Source of the DNA: Amphiscolops sp. MND2022
Taxonomy: Eukaryota
Length of the DNA: 64,000 bases
Assembly (NCBI GenBank): GCA_964187785.1
Contig: OZ076409.1
Location: 43,898,001 to 43,962,000, forward strand
Reading direction: 5' to 3'
Positions 10,981 to 23,000 of the stretch are shown piece after piece. Position 1 is the stretch's first letter. Every line of letters starts with the position of its first letter. The notes beneath the pieces are model-generated. The model was not told where the DNA came from, did not search any database, and saw nothing but the letters and a program-made list of their open reading frames with translations. The position numbers were made by a program, and so were the translations under genes.

Positions 10981-13738
10981 TGTCAACCTATGTCAAAAAT
11001 ACAGATTTCCATATTTCGTTGATCTCCGCAAACGTATTGCAGTTATGGCGCCCTTAAAAATTTGAATTATTCGAGCTTGGAAATTTTTATAGTTTCATAA
11101 AAAAGTGGAAGCCAACCCTGTTCCTCAATAACTATTTAGGAAGCGTCGATTGCTTCTACTTGTCTCGTGAATAACTGTTTAAAGGCGAAACCATGAAATA
11201 TCATCAAATTAAACGAGGTAATAAATTACATTTGCAACTTTTGCTAAAGAAAAAAGACGCCCTTGAAACTATTGTCCAATAAGAAAATTCAATTTTTCGA
11301 TCCTTTACTAAAAATTAAAAATGATAATGGTCCGAGAATTTGCCATGGAGTCCAAATCGCTGGTTAGAAAATTCAGAAATATTCATACGTGATCATTTCA
11401 TATGTTCATGCATGCTGTCTGTGGTGCTTTACACGCTTAATTTTGCGGTGGAGGCCTCGGAAAAATATCACTAAAGACAACTGATTTCGCAAGTGAAACT
11501 TCAGTTTAAATTCAGCCAATCAATTCAATTCAGTTGTTGATTTGCATCATCAATGAAAATAAAAAATGACTAACGATGTTTTCAATTGACAGTTTCGAAA
11601 CTTCGTGAAAATTCCACCATCTGACTTCATTACTGAAAACTGACCAAACTCTCCTTTTACCTGTCAGTTGCGAATCGATGAATGGATATGTTACAGATTA
11701 CGTGATTAATACTCGCTAACTAAGTAGATTTATACCAAGAATAACCAAATAAAAGTCCAAGGGTAAGTGCATTTTCATTTGTAAAAGGTATTGTTTTTCA
11801 TGATGATCTATTATAATGGGATATATCCTTTTGTGACACGATAACAACCGTAACTTTTAAATTAAAACGCTTCAACATTTCCAAAACAAGTTTTGATAAA
11901 ACTTGACACGAAAAGCGAGAAGATTCATAGCGCGTTTTTGTATAGTCGAATTATTTTTTGTTTTTTTAGTTCTAGCCAGGATTTTCTATTATTCTTTTCC
12001 TCCGCCACGTTTCGCCAATAGCTAGTAGAATCACTGGAAAGTACTTTCCACTTCGCTTAGAGGTTAAGGCGAGTTTCAGCGTGGCGAGTGAGTTACTCCC
12101 TGAAAGTACCCTGTTAGAATTTTTTGTTGTAACAGTTTCCAAATGATATCGCAGTGCCACTGTGCCTGCTGTTTGGAAATAGCTTTAACCCGGAATGGAG
12201 GTGGAAATTTCTGGATGCATCCAAAAATCTGGTGCTTAAACTTTAAACCGCAATATCTCCAAAACTATGTGAGTCCGACAAACGATTTATACAGCGTTCG
12301 AAAGAGGAGCATCAGGGCTTTCAAATCTATTTTTAAACTGCTGGGCTGGGGGCCCGCTAGCGCGGGCCCCTTGCGCGCAAAGTTTTTTGCGCGAAGTCCT
12401 CCGCTGGCGCGCGGTTTCGCCGCACTGGCTCCGGACTTTGCGCCAAAACTTTGCACGCGTGGTGTCTCTAGCTGCAGTTCAGCTTGTTTTAAAACATGCT
12501 AGGGCCCCTTTTGACCTAATCTTGTCCCCAGTAGTATAAAGTGGCCAAATACGAAAACAGGAAAATCGGAAATTTTGCGCTATTTTTTCTTTGATTTTTT
12601 TGGTCCCGTTTTTCTGATTTTGGAGACATCAAGTCAACAATCCGTGAAAATGCGTGCAATTCTATGTTATTCTGCCTGAAAGTCTTAATCAAGAGTTTTC
12701 TCCTCCATCAAGTGGGCTGGTGCCTTTAGAAGTTAGCAGATCTTAAGTGGTGCAAATACGTACCGCGATCCTAACTAGGGTTAATTACGTTCATCATTCT
12801 TTCCTGATGTAAAACATTGAGTATTATGTTATCGAGAGGAACAGCTCTTTACGTCCTGTAAATCACTGTTTCGCGAAACATTCACAATGTTTAATTTTCC
12901 TTTCCATTCAGTAAATTTGGATGTGGTCTAAACCAAGCTATCAACAATAGAACTGTCTCTTGGTTAAAAAACAATGGTCTAAGACAGACTGCTTTCTTTT
13001 TATAGATTATCGGTCTTCGTTCCATAGCAGAAGTAGCGTTGGCGCTTTGATGCGTCGCTTCTGATAAAATTCTCAATGGTCTCTTGTGTTCAACGTAACT
13101 AGCGATTTGTTAAAAGAAAATAAACTGAAAGACTTGTCCGTAAGGTGGAAAATTTTACAACTTTTGTCTCCGCTGGGGCGCAACGGGCCGTTGTTATACT
13201 ATGGGTCCATTGAGGTCTTTGTTGCTACCATAAAATGTCCCTGGTCATTATAATTTTTTATAGTTCTCAAAATTCCAAGCATGACGCTTGTTGAACCGTG
13301 TGTCAATTCTTCAAGCATTGATTTCAACAATAAATATGACAATGGCTCCCTTCGGGATAAAAATAAAGCATCTTTTACCAACGAAACCGCTCAGTTTACT
13401 ATTTACTAGTACCAATCTTAAATTTACCCTTTACATCTTGCACCAAAATGATACCGCCAAAAATCTAGTTTGATCGAAGTATTCTTAACTGCACCTAGTT
13501 CAAGGTCAAAATACTCTTCTTTACAGAAATTCAAATGAACATGTATCTAAGAGCATAGAAATTACATGATTTACAGCTAAAATGGGCGGTATACACATTC
13601 AGTGGTGCTCATATCAATAATGCTTTAATTATCTTTTTATTTAAAGTGATTTTTGTCATCAACTTTCGTAAATTGGAACTGTTGCAAAGTTATTGAAAAC
13701 GTTCGTTATAATTATTTAGTATACTATAGTGCTTAAAC

Positions 13739-14031
13739 ATGGATAACAGCAGTTATTATCTTGACAGTGACCAAAATATCTATATTGGACCCGATGTCAT
13801 GAAAGTTCAGAGGTCTTCTACACTTCCAGCGATACATTCTGCTGATAAAAATGATAAAAACAAGTCAGAAAGACGCACCAGTCGAACTTTCCACTCAGAA
13901 GAAAGGCCCATTACCAAGCAAACGAATCCGTACTTGCTGAAAATTTGGAAATCTCGCTCCTTGTCAAGGAGACACGTGGACAGAAGACTGGTTTTTAAGG
14001 TGGATGATGCTACTCCAGAGGCAGTTAAAAG
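13739..14031 (+). CDS. TTLL2: TTLL2-like exon 1
   Basis: ATG-initiated ORF ending RLVFKVDDATPEAVK-R; donor AG|GTGAGA. Confidence 0.8.
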
Positions 14032-17000
14032 GTGAGAAGGGTAATACTTCGGTTTATTATCCTTATTTTTAAATGCTTTATTTCTTCAAAAAATGCTTTG
14101 TTTTTTTTCAAAAATGTTCAACCTTGAAAGTTGTCAATCTATGCGTACTGGTTAAAATCAAAAACACAGGTTTTGCTCTTAGAACAACATCTGAATGTTG
14201 CACTAAAAAGGGCGTTAAAAAGCTAAAGACACTCGATTCCGCTAACAGCAAAAATTTTTGTATTCATTACAAACAAAATTTCAGACGCACAAATAAATTT
14301 TTTCAGAAACCATTTTCCAAAATCCAGAATAGTTTGGGAATTTTTGCTTTCTTCGAAATTCAAAATGCAATATCTTGCAAATCACGGGAGGCGAAAATTT
14401 CGTCACCAGAAATTTTGTCGTCAGAAATTTCGTCGTAAGAAATTTCGTCGTATTGATTAGAATTAACAGTGTTCATTTGAATTATTCAATTACTTAATTA
14501 TTGAAATGAGATCTTGAGAACAAGTTTCATTTTGACGCCAAAATTGAGTCAAAAAGTTAATTGCATTCAATCAACTCATCAAGACACTTATTGAGCAATG
14601 GTATATTTTCAGTCCTACCGGTGGAACTACTTACCGGGGCTTTACAATACAATTCAAGCTTGTTCCAGAGGGAATTTTGATTTTTTTTGTAAGAAAATTT
14701 TTGCTTAAGTGTCGAAACAACTTCGTGTTGGGATAAGAAACAAGGTGTATCGGGGGTGGGTGGTTGGTTGATAAGGAACATGGTCCGAAACTTTTTCTCT
14801 CAAAACCATGACTGAAAGTAGTCAATGATAGCAATAATTGCACAATTATTCAATAATTATTAAGATAATTATCAAGACTCAATAATCAGACAATTCCTAA
14901 TAGATTAGAGAAAATGCGACGTTTTATAGAACATAATCACCGACGACGAAATTTCTGGTAATCAATTCAAATTATATTCCCATAAGTCTTTGCTTCGACG
15001 AAGTTACACTAGTTTTGGCTCCTAATTTAACAAAGACTTACCTGGAAATTCTAAAACAAGTCAAGGAACAGTTCCAAGGCTACAATTTGATACGGGAAGA
15101 TTTTGTTCTGATCGGAACACAAACTACTTTATTAGGTTGGCATTATAAACCTATTACACGCGTTTGGAGATGATTGGTTTAGCGGAAGAACCCTTTGGAA
15201 GATGGATGGCGCCATTAGCTACGTTGAAAATTTAATCAGAAAAACAATTAACTCAACATACTCAATTGTCTCTTCTCGTTACAAAAATCTAGATAAGCAG
15301 AGTGCAGCATGAGGCATTCAACTATTCAGACAACTTTCGAAAATTTAAAGATGACGATTGTCAAGGTTCAAAAATCTCTCATTTACAAAGCGATATCTTT
15401 TTTAATGTTTGATTTCAAACGAAGCAAACCCTTGTAATTCGGATGAAAAATTGGGAGACTTTTGCTCTAGAGAGTTTTTGTCAACTTAATTGGACCCTCT
15501 TCTGAACAACGCATCCTTTGTCTTCAGAAAAGAAGTTGCTTGTCTCTATCTTTATTACAACTAAATCGGTACTTTAAATGAGGATAGAGATGCAACCTGT
15601 ACTATAGGCCGTATGTATAATTAAACAGTAAGTCCTCTAACTCCAGTTCATCCCCTTCTGCGATTGGCTGACACTTGGAAGAATTATCTTCTGGATGACG
15701 GCCTTCTGTTCATTGCCGGGTGTATTGTTTCTTCATTACGATACATATCCCTCAAAAGTGGAAAGTGATCACTTGGTGTAAAAAGTATTTTGCTTAGTGT
15801 TTAAGTTAGCGAAGTGGTTTTCTTCGTTTTTATAGTCGATTTCTGTGTTTGAGCTCTGATTGCTTACTAGCTCTATATCAGATGTTTCTATGTTACATTC
15901 GCCCCTCCCGCTGGCATTTAAACGGAATTTTCATATACTTTAGCGTTCTCATATCTCAGTGAAGCTCTTCATTTCTGCGTCAAGCGACTTTGATGACACT
16001 ATATATCTCCGTGTCTCACATGTTGGCGGGTACGATGATCAATGGTCCGATGTTGCTATGTGACTGGTCCATTTGTCCCGGTTAGCCAGGTATGATCCAT
16101 AGCTTTGCCGAGTTCTGTTTAGCTTCGATCGTTCTCTTCCAAAAGAGCAGGCTTTCAGGGTGCTCGTATTTCTGCTCCAGTGGTGTGGTGACAACCTCCT
16201 CTTCTTGGGTGGTTATTATTGCTACTTGTGGTTTTGCTACTTCGATATTGCTACTTGCGGTTTATCGGAATATGCCCTCTCGAACTTTGATTTCAAAGGT
16301 TTTGTTTCAAAACAAATGGCAATGGATAACTCCTTTGGCGCCTTTCGTCTGTTTCATCAGTAGCCCGTTAGAGACTCCACCAGCTCCGCTGAAGCAGTTT
16401 ACCAGTTAGGTACTAGGTTTTGCTGGAAAACAACCATTCGTTAGATATTTCAGAGTTCGCAGGACAAAAAGGTTACTAATTTGGGTATTTGATTTTCGGC
16501 GATAGTGTAGCTCAACGGTGGGTTTTCAAGTTTTGCATGTTCAAGTTGTCTTCCTCATTATTTTTGGAGACATGTCCAAAGCACTCCAAAAATTTTATCC
16601 AGCTTTTTTGATAACAGTCAGTAGACTTTCTCTCAAGGTTCTTACATCGCGGTCAATTATTCCGGCCGCGGTATGTTTTTACGGTGTACCGTATTTTAAT
16701 TTCAGGTATTGATTCCCAAAACAAGTCTGTTGTTCTCTTTACAAAAATCTAGATAAGCAGAGTACCGCAGGGCGCAGTCAACTATTTGGATAAAATTCAA
16801 CAAGACGGGAACGTCTAAAGTCGGAGCTATATCTAAGACTCAAAAAGCGCAAAGTTTTTAAAATTGTAAAAGGGGCACCCTTTCGACTTTTTTTGAAAAT
16901 CCAGTTTGTTGCAAAATATCAAAAAAAATGAAGGAGACTCTTTGGAGACATTTTTAAAAATTCGAAAAATTTTTTGAAAAAGGTTTCAAAAAAATGAAAA

Positions 17001-20000
17001 TTGAGAATTTTGAAACAGTCTCATAGTGCCGAAAACGTAGAAAGAGGAGACACTTCGGGCTTTTTGAAACTTCAGTTTGCTGCAAAATATCAAAAACCTT
17101 AAAGGGGTGACCCTTTGGAACAAAAAAATTCGAAAAAAAGTCGCACAGTGCCGAAAAAAAATTCAAAAGGGGGACCCTGTTGTCCCGTCCGGTTTTGCAT
17201 CTTTCGTTAGAGATTGAGTACGCGAAAGGGGACCCTTTGCACTAACTTATATGCTTTTCCGCTTGTCGGTGCAGTAGTTTAGTAGTTCTGTAGAAAAAGT
17301 GTTCACTACGCATACATTCTGTTATCTGACGAAAAAAAAACTTGCCACTGTAATAGTCGGGCACATTTTCTTAAAATGCACCGACTAAAAATTTAAAAAT
17401 GACGATTGACAAGTTACAAAAATCTTTACTTTACAGTGTTATATCATTTCTCGAAGTTTGATTTGTTTTCAAATAAAGCAAAACCTTCTAATTTGGATGA
17501 CAATTTAGACTTTTGCTCTTCAGATTCTGCCAAATTTTGACTACATCTTGGCGGCCATGAACCCCATGGCAAGATTTTTACCAAGATATTACCAAGATTC
17601 GTTATTCCAAGATCAAATTCTATCAAGATTAAAAATTGAATATTTCGGAGTTGGTGCCTTATTGGATTTTAAAAATGTTAAATTCATATCACAAGAAATA
17701 GAGCGCGTTCGAAGTCTTAAACTGCAATAATAGCTGTCTTTAGCTTTTTGGTACCAAGTGGTACCTTTTCAGCTACTGACAGACTGTCAAGCCAGTCAGT
17801 TTCCTTGATCTTCACTGGTTTGTTTCCATGGATTTATTCCCACTGCTTTGGTGTAAATCAGAAACTCGTGCAAGTATGAAGCAAGGATAAGTGAGTTTTG
17901 ATGTTGATGTATCACTTTTGATGACTATCAAACACAAGCACCCCAGTCAAAAGAGCCTTAGCGGTTGTGGTTGGAATATTTTGCTCGAATCAAATCAGCA
18001 GATAATAGCAGCTTTTGTACTTGTGTTTCATCGACGATTATAAACAATTTCCGTCCCGACTATTATTAAGTTCAATCGCCCAAAAAATTCAGTTCTCAAA
18101 TGAAAACCTCAGGTAACATATCTTTCTGCTAATGTAATTTCAACTTTTTAGGTCTCTTAGACAGCTTATTATTGACTTCGAAGAAAATTGTGGGGTGATA
18201 TGAATTTGTATTTCCGGAATTTTCCGCGAGCGTGGGTGGATGGAGTACGTGCGCAATGGGCCTGCCTCTCAGGATAAGTGGCACCTGTACTGGAAGTGTG
18301 CCACATTCAAGCCCTCGGACTACGACTTCTTGCTGGGTTGGCAGGTGATCAATCACTTCCCCAAAACATTCAATATCTCCAAGAAAGACTGTCTCGCACG
18401 AAACCTAAAAAGGTAATGATGCATTGTTTGTATCTTTAGCTGTAGAGGGAAGTCAGATTTTAGCAAAATTTGTGGCTATTTCTTGAACATGCGTGTTTGC
18501 CTCGATTAAAAGACTTCATTTCAACACTTTTATTCATTTTTGTCAACAACTTTTTTCTTTGGTGGTCTCTCCCCTCGTTTGGATGTTCTAGCAAAGAAAA
18601 CTAGAGCCTAAAGGGCAACTTTTTGGATGTTTTGGGCACGAATTCATTCCAATTTTGATTTAAAAATTCGAAAAAAATCTAGATTGTGGGATTCCCGTTC
18701 CAAGTTGGAAGAAAGTTCAGTTTTTGAGTTGGCCTCTGGTCTAAACGGCGTCCGGGGATGGTAAAATGTTTCCCTTATTTTTAACATTTTTATACTAACT
18801 AGAAAGGTAGACGCAACCAAAGGCTTCCCGAGGACAAAGGCGAGGGAATATTTTTTCTTTTAAATTTTTATTTTGGAACTCGATATAGATCTATATGCAT
18901 AAGCGCATGAACTAGTTTTCCGATCAGTAGACTTTTCAAGTTCCAAATGTTCCGATAACCATTTATAGTTATCATTCAGCATCCCCCAGCCAACTCCTGG
19001 TTGAATTTACCTGCAAAAAATTCTATCTTACAATTCTGGTTTGTACTCGAACTGCTGTATGAAATATTGATATTTGGAAAATGTTGAAGAAAGTTCCTGC
19101 AGTGTTTTAGAAGGTAGTTGAGGGGGTGTTAAGGACAGAAAACAACCAACTTTGCACTTCGGTATTAGAATTGCCATACCAAAAATTTTCGACACCATTT
19201 TAATCAGCATTTTGTTTCGAGAATCAGGTAAATTCAATTTCTGTGAAATATTTAACTAGTTGTTTGAGCCGGAAGCTGCATATTATTTGTTAACTCGGAG
19301 AAGATATGGTAAGAAGGGTGAATTAAATGTAATACAAATCAACACAAAGTAATGATCGTTAATGTATGAACTGTTCACTATCTGTATCATAGAGTTCAAC
19401 TTCGACTAATGTTCATACTGTAAAGCTCTTCATCGTAGGCACTGGCAGGTACTATGAACTAATTAGTTCATCTTTTTAGTGACGTCTACTTCTCATTCCC
19501 CCCTTTGTAAATCAGGGAAGCCATTGTTGAGCTTCTGTGGGTTCCCACTTGACCTTGACATCAGCTGTTGGGTTTTCCTTTTTGATTTTCGGAAAGGGTT
19601 GTCGCAGGAATCGTTGTAGTGGGCTGGAGAACTCTAAACGACTTAACCAATTAGAAGTACTCTACCCCTCCTAATTTTACGGTTCGCTTAGCGCCTTTTA
19701 TTCTACTTCATCTACGAAGGTCAGGTGACTCTGTTTGTATTTTATGGTTTTTTAATTCCTTTTTGTCTACTATTTTTAAGTTACCTCTTTTAGGGCTTTT
19801 TTTCCTTTTCTTCGGAGTGGCTTCGGTATTCACAGTGGCACGTATTGGCGTCTGTTGTTCGCCTTCCGGTTGTTTTGGTTGTGTGCCGTAACTGGTGCTA
19901 CATTGTACCGGCGTAGACGGTGGCGGTGTGTGTATCTCGGGTGCGGTTTCTTCTTCGTGCCGTTGCGTTTCCGCTGTGACGGTAGTGTTACTTGCTTGCG

Positions 20001-23000
20001 GTCCCTGTTCTTCCGTTGATGCGTCTTGTCCGTTGCTCGTCTCTATGACATCGGCGTAGGTTGATCTTTTCTCTGGCTTTGTTGGAAGGGTGTAGCTGCA
20101 TCCCGGTTCGTCGGTGATACCGTATACTCGTTTGTGGGTATCGCAGTACTTTCCTTGGCTAAACTTTCCGCATCTGACACAGCGATTTGTTGGTTTCTTC
20201 TTTTCCTCTGGCTTTTTCGGCAGCTGAAATTTTATTGGTTTCGACGCTAATTTTTTATGAATTATTTTTCCGTCTGACGTTGTTATAGTGTGTTTAGTTT
20301 CATTCACGGCCGTCAGTATTTTGTTGGTTTTAAATCTGCATTTCATTGCATTTGGTTTGTTTTCTTTTTCAAAAAATTGGTACTGTTTAAATTCCTTGCT
20401 TACCGATCTGTTTCTTTTCTTCGAATCGTTAGGAATCAGATAATCTGCCATTTATCCCTCTGAGTCGTTGATTGTAAACATCTGTAGCTCAGTGGGTTGT
20501 GCTGAAACGTAATTGGCCAGTGTCTTTTTCCAATTGGAGAGAAGACATTCTGATCGACCGATTAGATTGGTTATTGCCGTGCGTGGCTTACGTCCGTAAT
20601 GCATTTGGAATGGCGTCATATTCAATTTACTATGCGGAGTTTGTCTAATTGTTTTAATTGCCAATTTAACACTTTCTTCAAATGTTAGGCCGTCTGCCAT
20701 ATTAGCTCTAGTTAATGATTTAATTGTCCGTATCGTTCTTTCTACTTGGCCGGTACCTGTATGTAGATTCGGTATACATCTAATGCGTTTTATATTTTCT
20801 TGGTTACAAAATTCTTTGAATTCGTTACTTTTAAAACAACTACCGTTGTCGGTGCGTACGCTCCGTGGTGTTCCGTTATCTGAACAATATTCCGTTAAAA
20901 ATTTTAAAACTGTCCGTGTGTCGGTGTTTTTACAAATTTTTGCGGTGGGCCATTTGCTAAAACGGTCGACTGCGACTAAAATATATACATCGCCGCGAGT
21001 CTTTGATTTTATTGGACCGGCAAAGTCCAATTGTATTTCTTGATTCGGTTCGGACAAAATTTCTAAATAGTTTTTCTCCGTTGACGGTAATTGCGTTGTT
21101 AAATTCTTACCTGACGACCTGCAGCTGGGACAGTTTTCCGCTTTTTCCTTTATCTCCCGATAGAGGCCGGGCCACCAGAAGGCTGCGGATGATTGGTCCA
21201 TCTTTGTGGCTGATGGGTGTCCTTGATGGAGCATGGCGATGATTGTGCTTCTCATTGCTTCAGGTATAACGTTCTTGTCGTTATAGAAAAGTAGACCGAA
21301 TCGGGTTGTCAGGTGATATCTGTGTGGCCGATAGGGATAAAAGATCTCCTCAATCTGGTTCTTTTCGACGGCAGTGATAGCATTCAAGATTTTTGTGTCT
21401 TTCGCCGTTTCTTCTACTAGCATCGGCAAGTCGAGTGCAAAATCTTTTTCGGCCTTCTTGATGGTTTCCTCTGTCCGCTCATTGTGTTCGTCGTCTAGGT
21501 TGTTCGTCTTGACGGTTTGTTTCAATCGGATTAGGTTTATTGTTTCGTGTTTCCGAAACTTTTTGATGGCGTTTGTGGGACATTTTTCTTGTCTGACATT
21601 GCTCGTTTGGCTTTCAGTGTCAGATGACTGTGTTATCCACGATTCGTAATTGTTCTGCTGGAACTCTTTCAGCGGCGTCGTACCCAGCGTGTCGCAAAAA
21701 CTAAAGAATCTGTTGTATATTTGTACATTCAATTCAACAATTCTTTTTCGTACTTGCTGTGAGGGTCGGTATTCTTGAAGTCTTTCATTGTGTGTCCCTT
21801 TTCCCACGATTCTCAATTTTTCAGGTTTCAGTAGTCTCTTTCTCTCTGTCCAGAGTCTGAGAGTGTCTGGTGAATGCCCTCTTTTCTTGAATATGAAGTG
21901 CATGTCGATTCCGTTTATTTTGTCCATACTGGATGGCTTTGCTGATCTATTTGAAGAATTCACGGATGCGATTTTATTAACACCGTTCAGTGGTATCGAA
22001 GTTTTGAGCAAATGAGTTTGTCTATTTTGTTCACGCTTACATATGCCGTGTTGTGATTGGTCGATTTTTTGTCTCGGCTTTGTTCGTTCTGTGAATCGTT
22101 TTATGCTTCCGTTCGTTTGAATGAAATCGAATAAGCCGTGTATTTGGTTTATTACGAACTCTTCTTCGGATTCCGTTTCGTTTTGACCGTTTAAGTTATT
22201 CTCCGCTGCGCTTTCATCGGTGTTTACGATCGGATGTCGGCTTAAGTAGTCCGTCAATGGGATGTTTTTACCGGCGGTATATTGAACATTTACGTCGAAG
22301 TGGCTTAATCTGTCTAACCTCCGTGTTAATCTGGCGGTATATTGTTTATGTGCCCTGTTCCGTTTTAGCAACGGCTGTAGCGCTTGGTGGTCAGTTAGCA
22401 AATTTACCCTTTTTCCGTATACAAAATACCTGAAGTATTCTAAACCCCATAGTGCCCCTAGCAACTCTAACTCGTTAATAGCATATTTTCTTTCGCAATC
22501 AGTGAGAAATCTGCTAGCAAATGCGACTGGTCTGAAAATTTCTCCTTCCTTCTGCCATAGTGTCGCTCCGAGTCCCGTATTGCATGCGTCTGTTGTCACA
22601 TAATTTTCTTTCTTCGGGTCAAAGTGGGCCAAGCATGGGGGTTCAGTTATTTCTTTCTTTAAATTCTCGAAGTCTTCGTCAATTTTGGGTGTCAATTCCC
22701 AGTGAGTTTCTTTCTTCAACAGCCTCCTCATTCTGTCTGTCTTCTTGGACAGGTTATTGATGAACTTCGCTAGGTGTTGTATTGAGCCGAGGAAAGATTT
22801 TAGTTCTTTAGCGTTCTTTGGAGCCATCAGTTTTGTTATTGCTTCCGTTTTATCTTTTATTGGTTTCACTCCTTTTTGATCAATGTGATAACCCAACCAA
22901 GTTATCTCCTGTTTAAATAATTCGGTTTTCCTCTCACTTGCCCTGTAACCGGCGTTTTGTAGCTTTGTGAGTACTTCCCGAATTTCTCGTTCGTGATCAT

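Noticed and set aside
16340..16365. CTGATGA...GAAA hammerhead-like core on the - strand (similar motifs near 7824 and 54710)
   Set aside because: No pairing stem II or closing stems I/III could be formed.
15890..16730. Possible degenerate LTR-element remnant (PPT-like CGGGAGGGGCGAA then TGTAAC on the - strand)
   Set aside because: No convincing protein motif or matching second LTR end identified.
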